The notes under the pieces: generated by a model
The model's input: the letters and a program-made list of their open reading frames with translations, nothing else
The model's database searches: none
What the model was told of the DNA's origin: nothing
Position numbers and translations under genes: made by a program
Part shown: one piece after another, positions 37,563-49,099 of the stretch
Layout: each line of letters opens with the position of its first letter
How positions within the stretch are numbered: position 1 is the first letter of the stretch
Source of the DNA: Octopus bimaculoides
Lineage: Eukaryota
DNA: 64,000 nt
Assembly (NCBI RefSeq): GCF_001194135.2
Contig: NC_068988.1
Span: 5,415,306-5,479,305, forward strand
Reading direction: 5' to 3'

Positions 37563-38234
37563 AATATTTTCAAAAGAATACAAATCATTTATTTTTGTTC
37601 AATTATATTTTTATATTATAATTTCTGACAAAAGAGTTGTTGGCTATAAGTTTCCAGTGAGGCCAGTCGAGGGTTCGCTGCATTTTTGATGGCGAGCGAC
37701 AAGGGTGCATTTGTACAATTCGATATGGAACAAATATTTCAGAGAACTTTATTCGAGCAACACCGTTTTTTCCGTTTCTAGCCATAGTCAATATACTATG
37801 GGCTTCCACACAGTTTCCGTTTGCCAAATTCCAACCACATGGTATTGATAATCCGAGATTATGGTAGAATCACTTGTCAAAGGTGCCACACAGTAAGATC
37901 GAACTGCTTAACCATGCAAGCAGCACCAATAATAAATTAAATCAATATCGTCACAGAGTTGCCAACTTCTTTATAAGGAAATAATTTTTATCGATACAGA
38001 GAAGAGTAGCCAATTGAATCAGTTTAATTATATGTACTACCGATATTTATTTTCTCCATCACGTAAAATAATAGAAAATGTTAACCCTCCGTACTGTAAA
38101 TCCTAAACTTTATTAAAATATCTAATACAGCATTCTACTATATCAGTCGTCAAAGTTTGGTGAAAGTCTTTAGATTTTCAAGAAATGAAATCCTGTGATG
38201 TTCGTGTCTTTTTCAAGGTCATTAACAGTGAAGT

Positions 38235-38520
38235 GGCGATCTTTCGATACGAGTCCTAAATATCGGTCTTTTCCGTAACACCCGCACGATCTTCACTACG
38301 GTGTTAGGGTTTTAGGGTTACGGTTAGGGACGGAATTCCGTAACTGAAACCGTAAAACCCAAACCCTAACCGTAAGCCTAGCCCTAACCCTAACTCTAAA
38401 CCCTTCAAAATAAATCGCGCTCTCTGTATGTCTTTCGCTTTTATGAGGTCGTTTCCCTGTTTCTCTCCAACACTTTTTACGGAAAAGGCCGATATTTAGG
38501 ACTCGTATCGAAACATCGCC
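38235..38520. mobile_element. GG-terminated MITE with 44-bp TIRs and internal TTAGGG/CCCTAA-variant repeats
   Basis: TIRs 38235-38278 and 38477-38520 differ at 2 positions; no TSD recognisable. Confidence 0.65.
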
Positions 38521-41500
38521 GACCCTTTTCAAGAAATATAGTAAAAAATTTATACAATTTGAAATTGTCTTGGAATATTTTTAATGTTTGCATTTCTGCA
38601 TTTAAATATTTATATTGCAAATAAAGATCAACGTCCACATATGGGAGAGTTTGTTGAGAAAAACTTCAGATGCAGACATCGTTTCAAACACCCCAAACAT
38701 ACTCCATGGGAAACAATGACTTCTATCTTCACCCTATCCCCTCTTCTACTGCCTGCCACCATCCTATATTATTTTAATTGCCAGAATACTCTTATTCCTT
38801 TTTTCTCAGGCCTCTGTCATCAATCTATCCCCTGGGTCATATAGATACAGGTTTCTCTCTATTTCAGTCATATTGCCTTAAATACTGATACATATCTCAG
38901 AACACTGTGCTTCTATCAATCATATTCTTCTCATTACTACAATGTGAGCTCCTTTTAATTGTGACAAGGACATGGCTACCTCTCTAGTACAATACAAATA
39001 ATACACTTAGTACACTGTGTAGAGTGTGAGGTTGTAAGCACCCTCTAATTTTGTCAAGGACCTTCTAGAGTTGATGTCACAATAAAAAAAATAAAAAAAA
39101 AGAGTTCTCAGTACACTCTGTAAAGATGTTAGTTAAAAAGTAATTCCAGCTACAGAAACCAACCCGAAATGAAATATGAGCTAGAAAAGGTCCCCCAATC
39201 AAGCAACTCCTGTAAAAGGATAATGGTGGTGGTGACGATGGATGAGGTCTACATATTTTGGTATCTACTGCAGTGGCTTAAGACACTAGGCTGCAAATCT
39301 TTTAAGTTGTCACCTAACCATCCAGTATCTAACAGTCGGATTAAAAGAATGATATAGACTGTGAAAGTGGAATAGATGTACCAGAAGAATAGATTTTAGA
39401 ACTCGATGACAATGACTATAAGAATCTAGGCATACTAGAACTCATCATTATTGTTTAACATCTGTCTTCCAGAGAGCTGCAACAAGCACCATTGTCTGCT
39501 TTAGCATAGTTTTAATAGCTGGATACCCTTCCTAACACCAACCACATTACAGAGTGTACTGGGTACTTTTTACATGGTGCCAACACCAGTGGGGTCGCTA
39601 AGTAACTTGCAAGACAAAGACCTTTCATCTAGGAGTGGGAGTGGTACTGAGCGAGGTGGCTTTGTGCCAGTTGAGAAGTTAAAATATAATAGAGGGATAG
39701 AGATAAGTGTCTTACTGTAGAGGAAATGTTTGGCTACCCTCGTAGTAAAAGAAAGGAGCAGTGAAAGGCAGAGTGAGAAAGAGAGAGATAGATGGTGTTA
39801 AAGATGCATCAGGATCTAACCACAGGGTACAGTGGGGGGAATACAAGTAGCACGGAGGGGATATAGAGGGAATGTTCTATAAGAGTGTAAGAGATGGGGA
39901 AGAGGTGACTGTAGCAAGTGATGGTGGGAGTGACTGGGGCAGGGGTATGGTAGATATGTGAGGACATGGAAAGTATGCAAGAAGGCATCTTTTATTGTTG
40001 TACTAACTTAATTCAAGGAGTCTGATAAATGTGATCAATATATAAGTAAGGAGGGAAAAATGAAATAGACACATTAGACAGAAAATGAGAAAAACCACGC
40101 ATGGAGCACTTCATCCAAAGGGAAATGTCTGTCATCTATATAAATATAAAACAAAGGATGTCTGTGTGTATGTCTCTCTGTATAGTATGTATGCATTTCT
40201 ACAATTTTCAACAAATTTTCACCAAACTTTACGCACACATTACTTATGTGCCAAGGATGGTCATGCACTATATCATTTTGCCCAGAACTTCCACGTAAAG
40301 CAAGAAACCAAGAAAAATGGTGCTTTACACAGGTTTTTCTCTAAAAACTTCTGCAGTTTTCGACCGATTCTCTCCCTTTTCTCTGTTTATTTCTCTCCTC
40401 TCTCTTTTTCTCATTCTCTAGTTCTCTTGCTTATACATATTCTCTCTCACCCTCTATAATAGTTCTTCTCTTTTAGTCTATGCCTGTTTCTTTCACATAT
40501 TTACTAATTTCTGTCTACAAATTGATTTCTGTGTAAAAATCTCTGCTGTCCCAGTGTGTTTAAATTCAGTTTTGCCTCACCTGCCCAAAAATTGACTTCA
40601 GTGTATTTCAGTTTTGTCATGTGTAAATATCTTTGTCTTAATGAGATTTGTATGTTCTGCCTACAACATTACTTAACTTATTCTAAATTTTTTGCACTCT
40701 GTCTATTTAAATACACTATCGAAAAACGTTGTGTATGTAGTCGTGCATACGTGCATATGACTGCTATGCGCCACATTCGGTATTATGTGTCAAAAGTGAA
40801 AGAATAAGATCTATATTGTAATGTCATGTTACACTTTTATTCTTTTACTTTTAATTCTATGTGATAAATAAATGAATAATTTATATCTTAATGTAAACAG
40901 CATTATTCATTGGTAACTTTCCATCTTTACCACCATCACAGCGGAATGGTGTGTCAGTGTGTGCGTGTGTTGACTAACATAATAAATGGCTGGAGGTGAA
41001 ACTCTTTGATAAAAAACAATTAGGTTGTAGGGTCAAGGTATATAAAAATAAACATTTACTGTTCAATTCCCAGTTCATAATTATTGCAGCAGTTGCAAGG
41101 CTGCAAGGTATCTACAATTACATGTTTACCTTCAAATTAATGGAGTCTCAATAGAGAAGGGAGAAGAGACTTTCCCAAGATCAGCAAATGCATGCTGCAT
41201 CATGTCAAATGGAGTCTCAGTACAGAAAGGAGATGGGACTTTCTCAAGATCAGCAAAGGCAGGCACATACCCCGCCATCCACAATTTTCCATGACAAGTT
41301 AGGGCCTGGAATACTCTAAACGGACGCATGACATGTCACTTAGTCAAATTAGCCCATTATTTACTCCAGAAATGTTTTGTCATCAATGCTGCACTTTCCC
41401 ATATCACCTGTTTCAACTATAATATATATACAAACTATGCCATTTTAATCCTGAGCAATGCCAAGTATCTCTGCTAGTTTCTATATAAAATGGAAAATTG

Positions 41501-41789
41501 GATGGAGAGAACTTATTAGTGTTTCTGATTGTGCAAATGAAAAAAAGATTTGTACACCACTTAGATATCAAAACTGTGAAAAGTCACGACTCATTGTGGA
41601 AGTGGCTAGAGATTTAGAGAGAGAAACTAGTTTGAAGACAGCCACTCAAGATCAAGCATATTTATTGCACTACTTCAACAAATCAGTGGTAACCCTGTTT
41701 CCCTAAGAACTTTTACTCCATCGGAACATTAGTATATGGACACCGTACGAGGGGAGATAAGTTGAACAGGTTCTCGGAATTGAGTCAAG

Positions 41790-41888
41790 ATGCCTGTCTA
41801 TAATTTGTATATCTTCGACAGATATGGAACATGTTTGTATTATTCAGAATGGAATCGCAGAAAGCACCCTGGCATGAGCAAAGAAGAG
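41790..41888 (+). CDS. TRAPPC1: Trafficking protein particle complex subunit 1 (BET5), exon 1 ([33 protein letters not shown])
   Basis: Matches the TRAPPC1 N-terminus (NLYxFDRxGxCLxYxEW); GAG|gtactt donor; 99 nt. Confidence 0.95.
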
Positions 41889-42601
41889 GTACTTCATATC
41901 TTGAAATAGTTTTTATTATTCAAAATAATTCTCAGATATAGGTGCAGCAGTGAATTCCATTTTCTTGTAACACACCAAATGTTTTAGTTCCCAAAATGAT
42001 CGCTTCTTTGTTGTTTATGATTTAATTTATAAAAAGTTAATTCTAATACAGTTCCCATATTTTCGCGGTTAACCGTCGTAAAAAAACGAAAGCGTATCGC
42101 ATAATACTTTCATTGTTGATTAATTCGGGTTGTGACATTTATAGTTCGATACCTATCATGCATTATCACAGTTTTTAAATCTATAATCTTCGTTTTTGCT
42201 TCTTTCCTTGTTCCTCTTATTCCATTTTTATTTTTAGATATTGAATAAACAGATATATTATACACCAACATTATTTATATGTTACATATGATTGAGTTTG
42301 TGTAAGTTAAAATACAATCAAATATATTCAGGAATGTATCCATCTATAAAATCTCTTGCAATACAATTTTTGGGTGGATCTCAAGAATCGACATTCAATA
42401 TTTTTTGTGTTGAATTTTTACGTTTTGTAAAACTTTCATTATACTATACTCCTGTTCGTTAATACTTTCATATTTAATGGATCTTTCTGATTTGGCAAAG
42501 ATCCTTAATAAATCAGAAAGATCCTATTTAATAATTTAGCTTCCCTGTAAACATAAACTCTTTATCTTTTTTCTTATTAGTTTGATTGGAGGCTTTATTT
42601 T

Positions 42602-42930
42602 TACTACGCCCTTAAAAACGATGGGAGAAGCCTTTTCGGTTAAAAAAAAAAGAAAAGAAAAACGTTTGTAAATATTTTCAGACGCAAAAGGTGGGTGATT
42701 TAAGGGAGATTTAGCTGTTGTTTCTAACACTTCCTACGACCACATGGTACCTTTCTCGTTTCTTTGTCACCCTGACATGTATTGATTTTTTTCAATATTT
42801 TTCTCCCTATAAACATTTTATGGAATTATGATGCAGAAGTAACACGGCTTTTCGTCTAAAAATATTTTCTTTTTTTTACTTTTTTTTTTCTATTGAAAAG
42901 ACTTCTCCCATCGTTTTTAAGTGTGTAGTG
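42602..42930. mobile_element. Small TIR element with CACTA-like termini in TRAPPC1 intron 1
   Basis: TACTACGCCCTTAAAAACGATGGGAGAAGCCTTTTC versus reverse complement of right end CACTACACACTTAAAAACGATGGGAGAAGTCTTTTC; TSD not evident. Confidence 0.55.
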
Positions 42931-43679
42931 CCAAAAAAAAAAAAAAAAAAAGGCTCAAATCAGTCTAGATGAGGAGTGTAGGGGGAGAGTGAGATATAAA
43001 AAAGAAAAATAATTTTCAAACATTTTTCTCTCAAAAATCTTGCCCCCATCATTTCAAAGGCCATGGTGAAAAAGAAATTGGAAAAGTCCCCATCAAAACA
43101 GAAAATCCAACTTATGTAGGTGTCCTGATCTGAAACTGTCCAAAAACTTAATTGGTCTCTTGAGAAATATAAATTCTAGCAGGCATGTGTGTTCAGAATG
43201 GTAATTTCTATCAACATAATATACTCCTGCGCCTATGAATTTTTTAAAACTATTTGATTGTCTTTCAATCATTCCACCTCACCTACTATCCTCTTTTGCT
43301 GCACCTATGAGGCACGCTGTGCCATTTGGGAACCACTGGTATAGACTAACATCTCTTGACTGTCAACTTCTGATGGGCCTTTGTGCCTGAAATATATAAA
43401 TGTCATTGAACCCTTTTGTATTGTAAGAAGCTCTCCATCTTTCCTATTTTGTTATTTTATTTAAATAAAAATCATAACATTCATGCTAACATGAAAAGAA
43501 TAAGATTTCTTTAAAAAAAATAAATAATGGAAAATATGAAAAATACACTGAATATAGAACAGAAAACATCCTAAAAGTGGCAGGTGTTGTATGTGTTGGT
43601 TAGCTATTTGGATATATGAATTGCTGAGAGTAATCTTTATCAATTTTACATTTAACATCCTAAAATAATTCTTTTGCAG

Positions 43680-43750
43680 GAATACAAACTTATGTTTGGC
43701 ATGATGTTTTCCATAAAATCTTTCATTCACAGGATATCACCATCAGACAT
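43680..43750 (+). CDS. TRAPPC1: TRAPPC1 exon 2 (EYKLMFGMMFSIKSFIHRISPSD-M)
   Basis: cttttgcag acceptor; EYKLMxGMxFSI motif; donor AT|GTATCCTTTC (U12 type); 71 nt. Confidence 0.95.
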
Positions 43751-46495
43751 GTATCCTTTCAAAATATTCCATGCAACAATTTGAATTTTGCATTACATCT
43801 CTTTTTTTAAAAGCTATGTATGTTAAATGATAAAAATGAACAATGGCAAAGATAGTTGTAAGGATTTAAATGCTCCATTACTGTCAATAGCTACATAATG
43901 AAGCTGCTAAATTAAGAGTTGAAACTCTAATATAGATTGGAAATTGCATTTTTAAGGCAAGGAGATTAATTTGCTTCAGTCAAATGATCGGTAATAGGAC
44001 AGAACAATATGCATATTATCAAACACCTCAGCTCCTACAATTTAAACACTCATTCATCCTGGATGTGAAACTGTTTTATGACAATAAAAAGAATTTTATT
44101 GTTTGGTTGATTATGGTTGTTCTGTTACTAAAAAAATTCAAACAAGTTTTTTTTTTTTTTGACAGTTATTGTATCCCAAGTCATGCAAATGTTTTGTGGT
44201 CTCAGTAAATAAAATGACAAATGTGTTACAGTAAAGAATGGGGAGGGAAGATGTACTGAAAGAGCTATTCTACTTCATGGGTAGAATGGCTCTTTCTTCC
44301 TTAATCTTATGGATAGCCATCTCTACCCCAATCAGATTGGTTAAGGAAGTGGTTTGGAGGCCCAAGACATTAGAATTTTCATTGTTGTAGCTTTGAAAAG
44401 AAACATATCAGTGGTCATTACTTTGTCATCTTGTGATCCTTGGGTCTGATGACAATTGCCCAGAATGGAAACTTGTGCCTTAGAAAAAGAAGACTGATAC
44501 CATCTGGTCTTTTGCCATCCTCTCATGTCTAACCCCACCAGCTCTAGTTATGATAGAAAATGGCAGCATCCAAATCTTATTTTTCTATCTTTGGAGGCAA
44601 TATGCTGAGTTAGCATGACAATGGGTGGAATATAAAAATATCCATTGTAGAGCTGCAACCTTAAGTGAAATGCTGATTTGGGGACAGTCATTATTCAACT
44701 GGTAATATTTGATCTGAAGGGTGTGCTGCTGGAAACTTGCCAGTTGACGTTGGTCGAGTGAATGCGTAAGGTTCATCATCATCATCATGATCGTGTCCAA
44801 GATATTGTAGCATTTAATGTCATCCCATTGATGTTCAACTGATGAACCATCTGCAAGATTACAGTTTTAGCTTTGTACAAGGTGGTACCAAAAGATTCCC
44901 AAACTAGTTCTGTAGTCATGGGCAGGAAGCTGGAACAAAGAGCCAACATGAAGTTTTGTGTCAAACCTGGGAAGTCTGCTACAGATACATCGAGCAAGCT
45001 TACAGCAACAAGGCACAGGCTCTTCAAAAGCTGAAGAACGTCCCTGGAAGATGATGAGCGATATGGATGACCTTTAGGAACTTTTGCTCCTAACAAAGAA
45101 AGCTGAAACATAGAAGGCAGACATTCTCCAAATACAAGAATAAAACAAATGTTAAGAATTTGCGAATAAGGCCGTAAGTCGTTTTAATCTTGGTACTGCA
45201 TGCAAATTACAGTATTTGTATAGAAAGAGATAAAGGTGTTTCTGTGTGTTCGTATTCATATACAAGAGGTGGTTATGTTTGACTGTTACGTCACTTGGAA
45301 TCGCTTTGGTTGCGCTGTCCAAAAGCTATAGATTTAATTCTCCCACAATGCAACACCACATGTGCCATTCAGCGGCCAATGGATGAGACAACTGGTTTTA
45401 AGGGAGGTAACTGTCTACAGACCTGCCACGAATGTTACCCCCAGAAATGTGGGGAAAATTCATCAGCTTGTGCATGAGGATCATCGGAGAACAACCAACA
45501 ACATTACTGGTGTTGTTGGTTTATTGTGCGGGTCCATGCAGGCAATGCTAACATCTGGATTCTTCACAACAACAATGTGCCCTGTCACCGAGCTCTCCAC
45601 ACTTGTGAGTTTTCTGCCCAAAACAACATGGTATTGCTTCCACATCCACTGTATTCGCCAGATTTAACACCTGTAAACGTCCATCTCTTCCCTAAGATGA
45701 AAATGCAGCTCAGAGGTTGCTGTTTTAACACCATTGTCCAGATCAAGAGCAAATCACAGAAGATCCTTGACTCTCTTCTGGAAAATTACTTCCAGGCTGG
45801 ATTCCAAAAGTGGCAAGAATGCTGGCACCGGTGCATTGCTGCACAAGGTGTCTATTTCGAAGGAGATGCTGTTAAAACTCAGGTAAATAAGTTAGTTTTT
45901 ATTAAACATAACTAGTCCAGGAACTCTTTGATACCACCATATACCAAATTATGGGAAAGTCTTCAGTGTTGTGAAGAACATCAGTGATCAGGGTATGAAG
46001 ATGATAAAAGGAATTGTGATTTCATTTCAAGTTGAACTGATTCATTTAAATACTGTTTAGTTGCAATGTAGTTTTTGATGAGCTATATCCATATTACAGG
46101 TCTCTGAAATTGATGTAGCTTATGGAACCTTTACAATCACCCCATAGGTTTTGATTGTGACATGAGATATTCTCTAGTTTTGTTTAGTGCTGTTGTTAGA
46201 TTTTGTGAAGTCAGGATTCTAATTTGTGGATATGTTGATTGATATTATCTGAAGAATCCTGGATGCTAGTAATATGTGATGTAAACAACTAACGAGGGAG
46301 CTTCTATGTAATAATTGAGCTGATTCTCCAGCCTAGTACTGAGATGTTTCTCAGGTAAAAAAAAAAATACTTCCCTTATTGGAGAGAGAGAATTTCCTTA
46401 TTAGGATACTATGATGCTTTTTTTTTTCAGTTTTAGAATAGGAAACAGAACATTTTTTCCTTTTAATATTTATTTTCCTTAACATGCAAACTTAG
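43751..46495 (+). other. TRAPPC1: U12-type GT-AG intron, TRAPPC1 intron 2
   Basis: 5' ss GTATCCTTTC; branch site TTTTCCTTAAC at 46473-46483, 12 nt before the intron end; no polypyrimidine tract between branch site and AG. Confidence 0.92.
44876..45943 (+). mobile_element. Degraded mariner element inside the TRAPPC1 U12 intron
   Basis: Approximate TIRs TACAAGGTGGTACCAAAAGATTCCCAAACTAGT / ACTAGTCCAGGAACTCTTTGATACCACCATATA; LEQRANMKFCVK, LEDDER and HPLYSPDL motifs. Confidence 0.82.
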
Positions 46496-46634
46496 GAAAG
46501 ACGGCTTTCTCAATTTTAAGACCAATGTTTACAAACTTCATTTCTATGAGACACCTAGTGGCATCAAAGTGATTATGTTGACTGATTTGAATGTTGGAAA
46601 CATTCGGGACATTCTGCATCAAATCTATAGTTCA
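46496..46634 (+). CDS. TRAPPC1: TRAPPC1 exon 3 (KDGFLNFKTNVYKLHFYETPSGIKVIMLTDLNVGNIRDILHQIYSS)
   Basis: YKLHxYETPxGIK motif; U12 branch site upstream; TCA|gtaagt donor; 139 nt. Confidence 0.96.
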
Positions 46635-47625
46635 GTAAGTAAAGACTCATTCCTTTAAGTTTTATTTTTAATTTACATTTCTTAGAATTTGTTGAGAGAC
46701 AATAAATTTCATGTTCATGTACAATGAAAAACATAAACAAGAATATAATATAGCTTCTTTATTCTTTTTTAATTGTATATACAGTAATCGGGAAAATGAT
46801 TTAGTGTGTGTACTTTGAGAGAATCATAGCTGATTAAATCACTCGAAAGACAGCTCACCAGTTAAGAAATTTACAGTTCAATCCTGTAGTAAAGACATCT
46901 TTTTGAATGCATATTATCAAAAAATATTTCTATGCACTCTCAAAGAATTGAAGGGTTATAACCCTTAGAGAGAGACCATGTAGGTTTATTAGTCTGTCAA
47001 CTAAATGATCACAATTTTAACGAAGTTAAGTCTCGTCAGTTTTGCTACAATTTGAGCTATATATTTGTTCTCAGTTAGATGGTTTATATCTGGAATAAAT
47101 CCTGGACTGAAGTACATTTTATGTAGAACAATAGTGAATCGGGGGGTAGTTTGAACTCCACTCTAAAGCTCTTCTCATATTCTTTTTCAGGGTTAAAACC
47201 CAAAATTATTTTGAGCAAGGCTAGAGATAAAAACTTTCTTATATAAGAGTAGACCCAGATAGTCCTTATTTCTTGTCTAAACCTTTGTTACCCTTGCATA
47301 ACAGGGTTCCTGTATCCTACACTATAATTATGAACCTGTTAATGTCTAGAGACCCTGCTATGAATTAAAAATTGATTCCATCTGTCATGGTAATCGTTAT
47401 TTCTACAGAGGAACTTGCTTCATTACAAATTTTGATACAATAAAACGGTAAAAATTTAGCTTGGTGCCCCAGCATGGCCACAACTCACAGGCTCAAACAG
47501 GTAAAAGAGAAATGTCACTTACTTGGACTAGCCTAGGTCTTTGTGATACCTGTATTAATGAAATGAAGCATGTTGCAAATGTCTCATCATTTCTCTTATT
47601 GTAGATGTTTTTTGTATTTTCACAG

Positions 47626-47748
47626 CTCTATGTTGAATATGTTGTTAAGAATCCATTGTGTCTACTTAACAAGCCAATAACCAGTGAACTGTTCAAAACC
47701 AAAGTGGATGAATTTGTGCAAGGACTAAGTATATATGCTAAGGTTTAA
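47626..47748 (+). CDS. TRAPPC1: TRAPPC1 exon 4 (LYVEYVVKNPLCLLNKPITSELFKTKVDEFVQGLSIYAKV*)
   Basis: ttttcacag acceptor; LYVExVVKNP and SELF motifs; TAA at 47746-47748. Total CDS 432 nt = 143 aa. Confidence 0.96.
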   Translation, partial: LYVEYVVKNPLCLLNKPITSELFKTKVDEFVQGLSIYAKV

Positions 47749-49099
47749 ATATATATTTATAAAATTTAATGAAATCTATGCAATGATATGTGTTGCCAAA
47801 TGTTGTAAAAATTAAAGTAGTTGTATACTATTAAAGATATTTCATTAAATATATACAATAGTATTTTGGTATTCTGTATATATGTTCTTTCTTTTTCTTT
47901 TTGTGAGTACTAAGTAGAATGTTTCTTTTGGAAATTAAAAAAAAAAAAGAAAATTATACTACTTTAACAACTTCTTGGTTATTTATAATTCAACCACCAC
48001 ATTTGTTTAACATTGTATTTTTACGATAATACATATACCCTTTACTATATAATACATTTTACCAGAAACAAATGATTAAAATAAAGATAAATTATTGAAA
48101 ACAACTGTTTTTTTGTGTTGTTGATTTGTGTGACAGTTTTATCATTTTAATTAGATGTATTTCAAATTTATTCAAAATAAGCTGTAGAATCAAAACCAAA
48201 AAGAGAGCACAAATGGTTGAGTTGAAAGAGTGTCAGACAACCAGCTGAGAATAAATGGTCTGTATCCTGTCATCAACAAATGTATTGTAGTTATGGCCAA
48301 TGCATTTGACTCTCAAACATTAAATTTATATGGCATTGAATAGAAACCAGTACTAATTTACTAATATAAGCAAACATTGAATTGTAAAATTGCTGAATAT
48401 TTTGTCAGCTTTTTCATCCATTTAATTCACTAGATATCAGCATTAGAGATCATTAAAATTTACACTCCGAGAGTGTAATGGATGCTTTTACATGCCACTG
48501 GCACAGGTGCCAGTAGTGTGACACCAGTATCTGACACAACTGCAATTTCACTTGACTTGATGGATCTTCTCAAGCATAGCATATTGCTAAAGGTCTCAGT
48601 CATTTGTCATTGCCTCCATGAGGCCTATTGCTTGAAGGGTGAATTTTATGTGCCACCGGCATGGGTACCAGTTACGTGACACCAGCTTCAGCCATGACTA
48701 CAATTTCACTTAGCTTCATGAGTCTTCTCAAGCACAGCATATCACCAAAGTCTTGGTCACTAGTCACTTCCTCCATGAGGCCCAACATTTGAAGATCATG
48801 CTGCACCACCTCATCGTATGTCTTCCTGGGTCAACCTCTACCACAGGTTCCCTCCACAGTTAGAGATCAGCACTTCTTTACATAGCTGTCTTCATCCATA
48901 TGCATCACATGACCATACCAGTGCAGTCATCTCTCTTGCACACCACATCTGATGCCTCTTATGCCTGGTTTTTCTCTTGTACATGCACACTATAAATAGA
49001 TTTTCAACAAATAAAATCAGTCTGGATTCAAAATATCCAGGCATAAAGAAAAAAAAGAGTTGTTGAATTCTTACTATACTAAAATTTTATATTAATGTC

